Below are positions 27,340 to 35,824 of a stretch of DNA of 64,000 nucleotides, piece after piece (within the stretch, counting starts at the first letter, position 1; every line of letters starts with the position of its first letter). The DNA comes from Bacteroidales bacterium. Its GTDB lineage: Bacteria; Bacteroidota; Bacteroidia; Bacteroidales; FEN-979. The position numbers were made by a program, and so were the translations under genes. The DNA lies in the NCBI GenBank assembly GCA_963682005.1, contig OY820914.1, positions 4,878,005 to 4,942,004 on the forward strand, in the 5' to 3' direction. The notes beneath the pieces are model-generated. The model was not told the origin of the DNA and ran no database searches. It worked only from the letters and a program-made list of their open reading frames with translations.

Positions 27340-27395
27340 TGTAATAATTATGAACAATTGTGTAACAGTCAAAATCTCAATCGGGCGTAAATTTT
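27340..27395 (+). promoter_or_regulatory. TGTAAC-pair promoter module P9 (drives the small TM gene, possibly also radical SAM)
   Basis: TGTAAT-aattatgaacaattg-TGTAAC-agtcaaaatctcaatcgggcg-TAAATTTT(G). This is the weakest -7 box of the nine. Confidence 0.5.
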
Positions 27396-27423
27396 GGCCG
27401 TTATTTACCTTTAGATAATTGAA

Positions 27424-27636
27424 ATGAAAAAGACCGGATTATTAATCTTATTGATCGGATTTGGCCTGATGGTATTTTCAGCATTTACTTTTTTCACGAA
27501 AGAAAAGGTTGTAGATATTGGAAGCATAGAGATCACCAGGGATAAACCGCACCACCTGTTCTGGACTCCACTGATCGGTATTGCTGTAATGGGGATTGGC
27601 GGAGTTGTATTATGGCAATATTCCAGGAAATACTAA
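27424..27636 (+). CDS. small two-TM membrane protein (70 aa)
   Basis: MKKTGLLILLIGFGLMVFSAFTFF...LIGIAVMGIGGVVLWQY. It sits behind promoter module P9. Confidence 0.55.
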   Translation: MKKTGLLILLIGFGLMVFSAFTFFTKEKVVDIGSIEITRDKPHHLFWTPLIGIAVMGIGGVVLWQYSRKY

Positions 27637-27696
27637 TCCGAAATCTCCAATCCACGAAAATTTCCTCTAACGAAAACCTCACGAAGCTATCAACCA

Positions 27697-29181
27697 ATGA
27701 ATGTTTTATTGCTATTTCCCCATTACCCTGATTCCTTCTGGAGTTTCAGGCATGCTTTGCGGTTTATTTCCAAGAAAGCGGCACTTCCACCCCTCGGTTT
27801 GATCACTGTATCTGCGATGCTGCCCGGTTCGTGGCAGAAAAGACTGGTTGACATGAATGTTTCAGAACTTCGGACAAGCGATATCCAATGGGCCGATTAT
27901 GTTTTTATCAGTGCCATGTACATTCAGAAGGAATCGGTAACACACATCATTGAAGAGTGTTTGAAAAACAACACCAGGATCGTTGCAGGGGGACCTCTGT
28001 TTACCCAGGAGTTCAACAACTATCCGGATATTGACCACTTCATACTGAACGAGGCAGAGATCACATTACCACCTTTTCTGAAGGACCTGGAGGAAGGAAA
28101 GGTCCCGCAAAGGATCTACAAAACCGATGAATATGCGGATGTAACCCTGACCCCGGTGCCGGATTACCATCTCCTGTCGAGGAAGGACTATGCTTCCATG
28201 AATATCCAGGTTTCACGAGGATGCCCGTTTTCCTGCGATTTTTGCGAAATTACAGCACTTCTGGGTCACAAGGTCAGGATGAAAAACACGAGCCAGATCC
28301 TGCATGAACTTGACAGGCTTTATGAGCTTAACTGGAGGGGACCTGTTGTAATCGTTGACGATAATTTTATCGGCAACAAAAACAAGATAAAGAAACACCT
28401 GCTTCCGGCCTTGAAAACCTGGATGCAATTGCACAAATTCCCGTTTGTCTTTAACTCTGAAACCACGATCAATCTTGCAGATGATCCGGAACTGATGTCG
28501 CTGATGGTTGAAACAGGATTTTCTTCGACGTTTATTGGAATTGAAACCACCGATGAAAATTCGCTCAATGAATGCAATAAAAGCCAGAATAAAAACAGGG
28601 ATCTGCTCAAGAGTGTAAAGAAGATTCAACATGCGGGAATCCAGGTATCGGGCGGTTTTATTGTTGGTTTCGACAGTGATACGCCAACCGTTTTTCAACA
28701 GCAGATCGATTTTATCCAGAAAAGCGGGATTGTTTCTGCCATGGTCGGGTTGCTGAATGCACCAAAAAATACCAGGTTGTATAAAAGGCTTGAGGCAGAA
28801 AACAGGCTTACGACTGAGGCAACCGGGAACAACACTGATTATTCCATGAATTTTGTTCCCAGGATGAATTCCCATGAATTAATGACCGGGTATAAAAAGA
28901 TCCTTAACGACATTTATACCACAAAACCCTATTATAAACGAATCCGGGAATTACTTTTAAATTACAGACCTGTCAAACAAAAATCAGGGCAATTCAGTTT
29001 CGTGGCATTGAGCGGCTTTCTAAAATCCGTTATCATTATCGGGATGCTGAACAAAGGAAGGAGGGGTTATTGGAAATTATTGATATGGACATTATTCATG
29101 CGCCCGGGTCTGGTCGTTGATGCAATTACTTATTCCATTTACGGCTATCATTTCAGAAAAGTATTCGGGTTGTCGAGGTAA
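27697..29181 (+). CDS. B12-binding-domain radical SAM protein (DUF4070-type C-terminus)
   Basis: The N-terminus LLLFPHYPDSFWSF...PPLGLITVSAMLP is typical of the B12-binding class. The radical SAM cluster motif is SRGCPFSCDFCEI. Confidence 0.85.
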   Translation: MNVLLLFPHYPDSFWSFRHALRFISKKAALPPLGLITVSAMLPGSWQKRLVDMNVSELRTSDIQWADYVFISAMYIQKESVTHIIEECLKNNTRIVAGGPLFTQEFNNYPDIDHFILNEAEITLPPFLKDLEEGKVPQRIYKTDEYADVTLTPVPDYHLLSRKDYASMNIQVSRGCPFSCDFCEITALLGHKVRMKNTSQILHELDRLYELNWRGPVVIVDDNFIGNKNKIKKHLLPALKTWMQLHKFPFVFNSETTINLADDPELMSLMVETGFSSTFIGIETTDENSLNECNKSQNKNRDLLKSVKKIQHAGIQVSGGFIVGFDSDTPTVFQQQIDFIQKSGIVSAMVGLLNAPKNTRLYKRLEAENRLTTEATGNNTDYSMNFVPRMNSHELMTGYKKILNDIYTTKPYYKRIRELLLNYRPVKQKSGQFSFVALSGFLKSVIIIGMLNKGRRGYWKLLIWTLFMRPGLVVDAITYSIYGYHFRKVFGLSR

Positions 29182-29342
29182 CCTATTCAGAAATACAGGA
29201 TATTCAACAACTAAATGATCAAAACCATTCCCAGGCATAGCAACAGGTGGTTTTCCAGACGGAAAGTACCATAGTAATCCCTGTTAACTGCATGAAAACT
29301 TAAGTATTTGAAAATAAATATTTTTTGTATTACAATAAACCG

Positions 29343-29350
29343 TATCTTTG
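29343..29350 (+). promoter_or_regulatory. canonical Bacteroidota -7 box (TATCTTTG) of csp, without a TGTAAC pair
   Basis: TAnnTTTG lies 22 nt upstream of the csp ATG. It serves as a control showing that the TGTAAC pair is not generic. Confidence 0.5.
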
Positions 29351-29371
29351 CGGTAACTTAATTTTAAAATA

Positions 29372-29563
29372 ATGAATAAAGGAACAGTAAAATTTTTTAA
29401 TGATTCAAAAGGATTTGGATTTATTAAGGACGAAGCATCAAACAAGGAGTACTTTGTACACGTATCAGGTTTGACTGACGAAATCAGGGAAAATGATGAA
29501 GTTACGTTTGATCTTCAGGAAGGGAAAAAAGGATTAAATGCTGTAAATGTAAAACTCGTGTAG
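29372..29563 (+). CDS. cspA: cold-shock protein (CspA family)
   Basis: MNKGTVKFFNDSKGFGFI...FVHVSGL carries the RNP1/RNP2 motifs. It is followed by a strong terminator. Confidence 0.95.
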   Translation: MNKGTVKFFNDSKGFGFIKDEASNKEYFVHVSGLTDEIRENDEVTFDLQEGKKGLNAVNVKLV

Positions 29564-29594
29564 TTTATATTTTATTTAAGACATTTTTTGCCGG

Positions 29595-29624
29595 AGCCTT
29601 ACATTTTGTAAGGCTTTTTTTTTG
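29595..29624 (+). terminator. rho-independent terminator of csp
   Basis: Stem agccttac / gtaaggct with loop atttt, followed by a T9 run. Confidence 0.85.
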
Positions 29625-29660
29625 TTTGTCCGGATAGAACCTTGCTCCCCCGGCGGGGAC

Positions 29661-30557
29661 TCATCTGATGGAGAATTTCATTTTTTTGGTTATCCGGCTT
29701 TTTACATACAGGTCGCTGTTTTCCGCTGCAGGAGCAGGTCGGTGGTCGAATCCGCCGCCTGTCATATTGCCTCCTCCCCTGCCGTTCCCGGCACCTCCGG
29801 GATTTTCCCCTCCTGTTCCTCCACCTTCAAAGCCACCACCGACGCCGCCACCTCCAGGCCGTCCTCCCTCCATACTTTCGTTTTCCTTAGGGCCCCTCTC
29901 CTTTGCCGGAGGTTCAGAAAGCGGGTTTACCAGGATTTCATAACTGAAGGATCGTCCTGTATCAGCAATCGCTAATTCATTTTTAAAAAACGTGCTGAAA
30001 GGGAGGATCGCTTCGTAATACAATATTCCCAGGCTGTCAATAATTATTGAGGCGGATATCCCATATGTATTGCCGCCAAAATCCATCTTCCCATTGATGG
30101 CAGATTTGAAACCCGACAACCGGGCCGTTTTCGCCTGGTTGAGTAATTTCTGGTTCATTGTTGACCGGCCAGGCGTTCCACCGGGAATCCGTTCGGGCAA
30201 AGATGCACCTCCACGTTGACGTGTCATCATGATCTGACCGGGAATCGGGAAACCAAATGCGATCGGAAAGGTTTTTTTTCCTGATGTATCAATCCTGAAT
30301 TCCATTCCTGACCGGAGGATCTTCATCTGCATGGATTCATCCGTCACTTTCATCACAAGGTATAAATTCCGGCGGTCATTGGCAATGGTGTAATTGATCC
30401 TGCTTTTTTCATCGTAGAAACGCAAGGGATTTGACCATTCAGTGATCTTCCCGTCTGCAGTTACCTTGTTCTTCTGCCAGTCCATTGAATCATACACTTT
30501 TTTTGAGCAGGAAGATAAAAGTAAAATTGCAGCAAATACCAGAGTAGCGGTTCTCAT
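29661..30557 (-). CDS. hypothetical lipoprotein with a Gly-rich C-terminal tail
   Basis: The ATG at 30557 gives MRTATLVFAAILLLSSCSKK (lipobox). The tail is GGRPGGGGVGGGFEGGGTGGENPGGAGNGRGGGN. Confidence 0.6.
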   Translation of the reverse strand: MRTATLVFAAILLLSSCSKKVYDSMDWQKNKVTADGKITEWSNPLRFYDEKSRINYTIANDRRNLYLVMKVTDESMQMKILRSGMEFRIDTSGKKTFPIAFGFPIPGQIMMTRQRGGASLPERIPGGTPGRSTMNQKLLNQAKTARLSGFKSAINGKMDFGGNTYGISASIIIDSLGILYYEAILPFSTFFKNELAIADTGRSFSYEILVNPLSEPPAKERGPKENESMEGGRPGGGGVGGGFEGGGTGGENPGGAGNGRGGGNMTGGGFDHRPAPAAENSDLYVKSRITKKMKFSIR

Positions 30558-30770
30558 TTCTTTTAATTTATATCTGGCGTGATTGGTGAATGAACCCCTG
30601 GTCAGATAAAGTTGGTTGCCATAATAACGGCTGGATCGATACAATATTTTCAGCTGAGGTCTACCCCACTACAATGTTTTTCTATATTATCATTACCTTT
30701 GGCCGGACTATTTGAAGATACCGATTTGAATCCGAAACACATCCCTTCAGTATTCTTTTTTCTGTCGCTG

Positions 30771-33071
30771 ATGATCTTCATCATGGGGTGCAATGTTACA
30801 AAAAAACTTCCGCCCAATGAATATCTCCTGATAAAGAACAAATTCAAGATCAATACGCCTAAGATAGAATCCGATGCACTCTCGGGGTACCTGCAGCAAA
30901 CACCAAACACCAGGTTATTCGGGATGTTCAGAGCAAATATCGCCTTCTATAACTGGGGCAGCAGCGGAAAGGATTCCAAGTTTAAAAAATGGCTGCGAAC
31001 GAAAGTCGGCACCGCCCCCGTCCTCCTCGACACCAGCATGATAAGCATCTCCCTTAAACAAATGAGGCTGTATCTCAACAATAAAGGGTATTTCGGGTCA
31101 AAGTTATATGATTCCGTCATTTACAAAAAGAGAAAAGCTGAAATAGTCTATTATATTGTAGCCTCAGTCCCCTATACTTTTAATTGTATAACTTATCTTA
31201 TTTCGGATTCAGTCCTGGCGGGATACGTATACATGGACACTGCCAAATGCCTCATTAAGAAAGGGCAGAACTATGACTCATACCTTCTCGACAATGAACG
31301 ATCACGGATCACCAACAAGCTGATGGATCACGGGTTCTTCAAATTCTCAAATACATATATTACATTCAGGATCGACAGTGCATTAAACAAAAGGAAGGTC
31401 GATCTTACCATTGAAATAACGAACCCTGTGATGCCTTCACTCTTGAATTTCGGCACCCTTGTTGAGACTCATCATAAAAGATATTTTATCAACAAAATCT
31501 TCATTTACCCCCAATTCAGCCTCCTGCAAGCTGATTCTATTCATTATGATACACTGGTCAAAACATATAAAGGATACCGGCACGACACCACCCTCAGCAC
31601 CTATTCATTCCTCCATGCCGAGAAGATGAAAATCCGACCCGGAACCATTGCCCAGTCCATATTTGTCAAGAATGGCGTAAACTATAACCTTTCGGATGTC
31701 AGTCAGACATATTCACAGCTGTCAAGCCTCAATGTGTTCAAGTACATCAATATTCAATTCCAGGAATCGACCGAGACCGGCAAGGAAAATCAGAATCTGC
31801 TTGATTGTAAGATTCAACTGGCCCAGTCATCCGTCAATTCATTTTCAGTAAGCCCCGACATTACGAACTCTGCCGGAGCCCCCGGATTACAAGGAAACAT
31901 TACCTATGGAAATAAGAATATTTTTAATGGAGCACAGTTCCTGAAGCTGGGCTTTAATGCCTCCGCCCAGGCACAGGGATCGATTAACTCGTCGTCAAAC
32001 TCCGTTTTTTTCAATACGATTGAGTTCGGGGTAAATGCCAGCCTGACCTTCCCGCAATTCCTTATCCCCATAAAACAGGAAAAACTACCGAAAACGTTCA
32101 AACCCCGAACCACGATCAACATCGGGTATGATTTTCAGCAACAGCCGGACTATAACAGGCACATCTCGAACATTACCTTCGGATATACTTGGAACCAGAA
32201 TGAGCAGATCCGGCATGTGCTGAACCCGGCAGAGATCCTTTTTGTCAAGGCAATCCTGGATTCATCTTTCTCTGCCAGCCTGGATAACATGACGGATAAA
32301 CGTTATAAGAATCAATACAGTAACCACATTGTTGCAGGATTGAAATACAGCCTGACATTCAATAACCAGGTGGTCAATAAAATACAGGACTTCATCTACC
32401 TTCGTTCCAATTTTGAAACGGGTGGGAATTTACTATATGTACTTGATGCCATATTCAACGGACCCAAGAATTCAAATGGAAACTATACCCTTTTCAATAT
32501 TGCTTACGCTCAATATATCAGGCCTGATCTCGACATCCGGTTTTATCATCTTTTATCACGCACACAATCGCTTGTCCTTCGCTTCTATGGCGGGATCGGC
32601 ATTCCATATGGCAATGCAAACGTCCTGCCTTTTGAGAAGGCATTTTTTGCAGGAGGTGCAAATGACCTCAGGGGTTGGAAATTGGGTACACTGGGACCAG
32701 GTTCGTATCATAATGACACAGTGACCTCTTATGACCAGTCAGGTGATATTCAGCTTCAGGCAAACTTTGAATACAGATTTCCTGTATATAAATGGTTCAA
32801 AACAGCATTTTTCGTGGATGCAGGAAACATCTGGCTGAGGCAGGAAGCTGCGGATTTTCCGGGTGGGAAATTTACCTGGGGATCCGTGATCAACGAAGTG
32901 GCTATCGATGCGGGGATCGGGCTTCGGTTTGATTTCGATTATTTCATTTTCAGGCTCGATCCTGCAATACCTGTCCGTGTTCCGTATTACCCAAAGAATG
33001 ACAGATGGTACGTTGGGAAATTGCAAATATCCGACATCATATGGAACTTCGGGATCGGTTATCCCTTCTAA
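30771..33071 (+). CDS. BamA/TamA-family outer-membrane protein, TamL-like lipoprotein
   Basis: The ATG at 30771 gives MIFIMGCNVTKK (lipobox Cys). The barrel has FFAGGANDLRGW and the protein ends in the aromatic NFGIGYPF. Confidence 0.7.
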   Translation: MIFIMGCNVTKKLPPNEYLLIKNKFKINTPKIESDALSGYLQQTPNTRLFGMFRANIAFYNWGSSGKDSKFKKWLRTKVGTAPVLLDTSMISISLKQMRLYLNNKGYFGSKLYDSVIYKKRKAEIVYYIVASVPYTFNCITYLISDSVLAGYVYMDTAKCLIKKGQNYDSYLLDNERSRITNKLMDHGFFKFSNTYITFRIDSALNKRKVDLTIEITNPVMPSLLNFGTLVETHHKRYFINKIFIYPQFSLLQADSIHYDTLVKTYKGYRHDTTLSTYSFLHAEKMKIRPGTIAQSIFVKNGVNYNLSDVSQTYSQLSSLNVFKYINIQFQESTETGKENQNLLDCKIQLAQSSVNSFSVSPDITNSAGAPGLQGNITYGNKNIFNGAQFLKLGFNASAQAQGSINSSSNSVFFNTIEFGVNASLTFPQFLIPIKQEKLPKTFKPRTTINIGYDFQQQPDYNRHISNITFGYTWNQNEQIRHVLNPAEILFVKAILDSSFSASLDNMTDKRYKNQYSNHIVAGLKYSLTFNNQVVNKIQDFIYLRSNFETGGNLLYVLDAIFNGPKNSNGNYTLFNIAYAQYIRPDLDIRFYHLLSRTQSLVLRFYGGIGIPYGNANVLPFEKAFFAGGANDLRGWKLGTLGPGSYHNDTVTSYDQSGDIQLQANFEYRFPVYKWFKTAFFVDAGNIWLRQEAADFPGGKFTWGSVINEVAIDAGIGLRFDFDYFIFRLDPAIPVRVPYYPKNDRWYVGKLQISDIIWNFGIGYPF

Positions 33072-34378
33072 GGCTTTTTTACCGAGTTGACATTCTGCAT
33101 AGCAACTAGACGATCATAAAGCGAACCGGTCTCATGGTAATACACCCAGATCGTGTATTCATTCTCGGTTTCCCAATGGCTTCCCTCGATCGGCCTTTCA
33201 TCTGCTTTTCCGCTCCGTAAATCTTTTACCACGTAAATATAGTTATAGTAACCCTGTTTAAGGAACAGGTTGATCTCATACCCTTTCCTGGAAGTGTTGT
33301 ACCGCATTTCGCTTTTCTCATCCAGTCGCCAATCCGTCAAAGCCCCCAGGATATATACTTTCCCTGAGGCAAAGGCCGGGTTCGACAAAAGGAAAAAATG
33401 CACCCAAGTGTAATCCGCTTCTATGTCGCTGTTCTCGGCATGTTCCTCATTCTTGACAAGCCTTCTCCCGTTGATGTCCGTTTCCGAGGCATAATTTTTC
33501 GTGGGCCGCTTCAGATCATCCAGCAGGTACACTTCATTACCGGCGGAATCATACTCCATCCTGCGTATCCTTTCTGTTTGATAAATGAGGCTTTTCGTAT
33601 CGAACGACCTGAATTCATTGACCCCGTTAAAATCATTTTCACCGTCATAATTGTAATCCAGGTCATTCCCTGTCAGGAATTTTGGTTTCAGGTTCCGGAT
33701 GGCATTATCCCACCGGTCATTCTGTGTAATAACCACCCTGATCTCCCTGAAAGGATCGGAAACATGCATCCCATTGAGGTGAACAGAGAAATCAATTTCC
33801 TGCATGGACAAACGCTCCGCCATGGGTGATGCCTGGTGTACCTCCGCCGTAATCCCGACAGGAGTTGTTTCAGCGACCATAAACCTTCGAGTAAATGCCA
33901 CATTCTCGGGGTCATTTATAAAAACGACAAGGAGGTAATTCCCCGACACCCGGGGTCGCATGTTTTCATTCGGAAAAAGAAGGGAAAAATGGGTGTAATG
34001 TGTGGTTGTATTGTAGGAGTAACTGAAATCCCTGATATCATCCTCCCTGTATCCATCGATAAAGTCATTGATCATCAGCTCCCCTGATGTTTTCCAGTCG
34101 GCTTCACAATGGATGATCGTGTACTTGTATCGTTTGAGGTCAGAATCAAGGTCGTCAAAAGACAGCTTCAATTTGTCACCTGAATTCAACGAAATGACCG
34201 GGGATGACATTTCAAATCCATCCTTGTACAAAAGCACCGTCCTGATAAAATCCTTGTATATGACATCCTCGTTCGGTAGTTTTTCCGCAGGTTGCACTCC
34301 TTTTGCTGCAATGGAAAACAATAGGATGAGGCTGATAATTCCAGGGAAACAGGCTTTGATCTTTTTGATTTGTTTCAT
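33068..34378 (-). CDS. DUF5103-like protein (family now described as a T9SS plug protein)
   Basis: Signal peptide plus IRTVLLYKDGFEMSSPVISLNSGDKLKLSFDDLDSDLKRYKYTIIHCEADW, which is recalled from DUF5103. The family name is tentative. Confidence 0.6.
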   Translation of the reverse strand: MKQIKKIKACFPGIISLILLFSIAAKGVQPAEKLPNEDVIYKDFIRTVLLYKDGFEMSSPVISLNSGDKLKLSFDDLDSDLKRYKYTIIHCEADWKTSGELMINDFIDGYREDDIRDFSYSYNTTTHYTHFSLLFPNENMRPRVSGNYLLVVFINDPENVAFTRRFMVAETTPVGITAEVHQASPMAERLSMQEIDFSVHLNGMHVSDPFREIRVVITQNDRWDNAIRNLKPKFLTGNDLDYNYDGENDFNGVNEFRSFDTKSLIYQTERIRRMEYDSAGNEVYLLDDLKRPTKNYASETDINGRRLVKNEEHAENSDIEADYTWVHFFLLSNPAFASGKVYILGALTDWRLDEKSEMRYNTSRKGYEINLFLKQGYYNYIYVVKDLRSGKADERPIEGSHWETENEYTIWVYYHETGSLYDRLVAMQNVNSVKKP

Positions 34379-34458
34379 CTTTAAATGTCAGATTTTTAAT
34401 TTTGAAGCCCCAGTATTCTATATTTCTTTTGTGAATGCATTCGCTATATATTTTTAAC

Positions 34459-34497
34459 ACAGAGGGCACGGAGAAGGCACGAAGGACACAGAGGTGA
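34459..34497. repeat. degenerate purine-rich 8-10 nt repeats (gaaggcac-like) just 3' of trmH
   Basis: cagagggcacggagaaggcacgaaggacacagagg. The segment acgaaggac (34479-34487) pairs with gtccttcgt (34508-34516) inside the trmH 3' end. Confidence 0.6.
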
Positions 34498-35259
34498 TCA
34501 AACCAGCGTCCTTCGTTTAAATTCTGAACATACAATCCCGGTGGCGACAGCGGCGTTCAACGACTCGACAGCTGTATTTCCGAAACCGGGAATAAACAAA
34601 CGGTGGGTGATCAGGCGGGCCACATCCCCGGAGATGCCATGTGATTCGCTCCCAATTATAATTACCCCGTTTTGTTCAAGTTTTTCCGTATAAATATTTT
34701 CTCCGTCCAGGAAAGTTCCGTAAATGTTTTTTTCCTTTACGGAGCTTCTCAGATAGTCGGTAAGGGATGTATAAAACACATGAACCCTGGCGATCGATCC
34801 CATGGTGGATTGCACCACTTTAGGATTATAAAGGTCGACAGAGGTTTCAGAACAACCTACCTGTGTAATCCCAAACCAATCAGCGATCCGGATGATCGTC
34901 CCCAGGTTACCGGGATCCCTGATATCATCAAGGAGAAGTACAAGGTCATCCGCTTTCGGAAGTACCGGAGTGTTGTCGGGGATATCGACAACTGCAAGGA
35001 CAGGACCTGGCGAGGAGAGGGTTGTGATAACCTCCATGGATGACTCATCCACCTCTGTCAACTCAATATGTTTACTGCTGACAACCTGGCCATGTTTCCT
35101 GATCCATGATTCTACTGCATAAATACGATTGACATAGTAATGGCTGCCGGTCAGTTCAAGCACAAGTTTTGTACCCTCAGCAATGAATTGCCGGTTTTCC
35201 TCCCTGAATTTCTTAAGGGCAAGCGAGCGGATAAATTTTACCTGATTTTTTGAAAGCAT
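34498..35259 (-). CDS. TrmH/SpoU-family RNA 2'-O-methyltransferase
   Basis: LLLDDIRDPGNLGTIIRIADWFG and IIIGSESHGIS motifs. Confidence 0.85.
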   Translation of the reverse strand: MLSKNQVKFIRSLALKKFREENRQFIAEGTKLVLELTGSHYYVNRIYAVESWIRKHGQVVSSKHIELTEVDESSMEVITTLSSPGPVLAVVDIPDNTPVLPKADDLVLLLDDIRDPGNLGTIIRIADWFGITQVGCSETSVDLYNPKVVQSTMGSIARVHVFYTSLTDYLRSSVKEKNIYGTFLDGENIYTEKLEQNGVIIIGSESHGISGDVARLITHRLFIPGFGNTAVESLNAAVATGIVCSEFKRRTLV

Positions 35260-35287
35260 AAAAAAATCCCGGGAGTGTATCCCGGGA
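35260..35287 (-). terminator. rho-independent terminator after rplI, abutting the trmH start codon
   Basis: Stem tcccggg / cccggga. The U-tract (A7 on + at 35260-35266) ends directly at the trmH ATG (35257-35259). Confidence 0.65.
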
Positions 35288-35364
35288 CAAATTTACAAAT
35301 CATTCAATATGTCCTGTCGTAAGAAAAAGCAAAACGCCTTAATTCCTTACAACGGCCAGGTTCA

Positions 35365-35814
35365 TTATTCAGCAAAGACCTCAAAATTGATCTCAACATT
35401 GATATCCTTGTGCAGGTTGATCTTCGCTTTGTAGTTACCCAGTTCTTTGATGTGTTCCTGGTCAACGATGATCCTTTTGCGGTCGATGTCGAAGTTGAAC
35501 TGGTCCTTGATTGCCTGTGCGATCTGGATGGCATTCACCGATCCGAAGATCTTTCCGGATTCTGCAGCTTTCGCGCCGATCTTGACATTCAGGTTTTTAA
35601 GGGCTTTTGCAAGTTCTTCAGCCTGATGCCGTATTTTATCTTCCTTGAAAGCTTTTTGTTTGAGGTCCTCGGCGAGGATCTTCTTATTGGTTTCAGTTGC
35701 AAGGATCGCCATTCCTTTCGGGATCAGAAAATTCCGTGCATAACCCGGTTTTACGGTAACTTTTTCGTTGGTATATCCCAGATTGGGAACATCCTGTTTT
35801 AATATAACTTCCAT
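35365..35814 (-). CDS. rplI: 50S ribosomal protein L9
   Basis: MEVILKQDVPNLGYTNEKVTVKPGYARNFLIP, and its position after rpsF-rpsR. Confidence 0.95.
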   Translation of the reverse strand: MEVILKQDVPNLGYTNEKVTVKPGYARNFLIPKGMAILATETNKKILAEDLKQKAFKEDKIRHQAEELAKALKNLNVKIGAKAAESGKIFGSVNAIQIAQAIKDQFNFDIDRKRIIVDQEHIKELGNYKAKINLHKDINVEINFEVFAE

Positions 35815-35824
35815 TGTTGCCTCC

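Noticed and set aside
28213-28875. 220-aa minus-strand ORF inside the radical SAM gene
   Set aside because: It lies entirely antisense to a gene with clear family motifs and has no recognisable motifs of its own.
29622-29975. Plus-strand Pro-rich ORFs (117 aa and 91 aa)
   Set aside because: They are antisense images of the Gly-rich C-terminal tail of the minus-strand lipoprotein gene 29661-30557.
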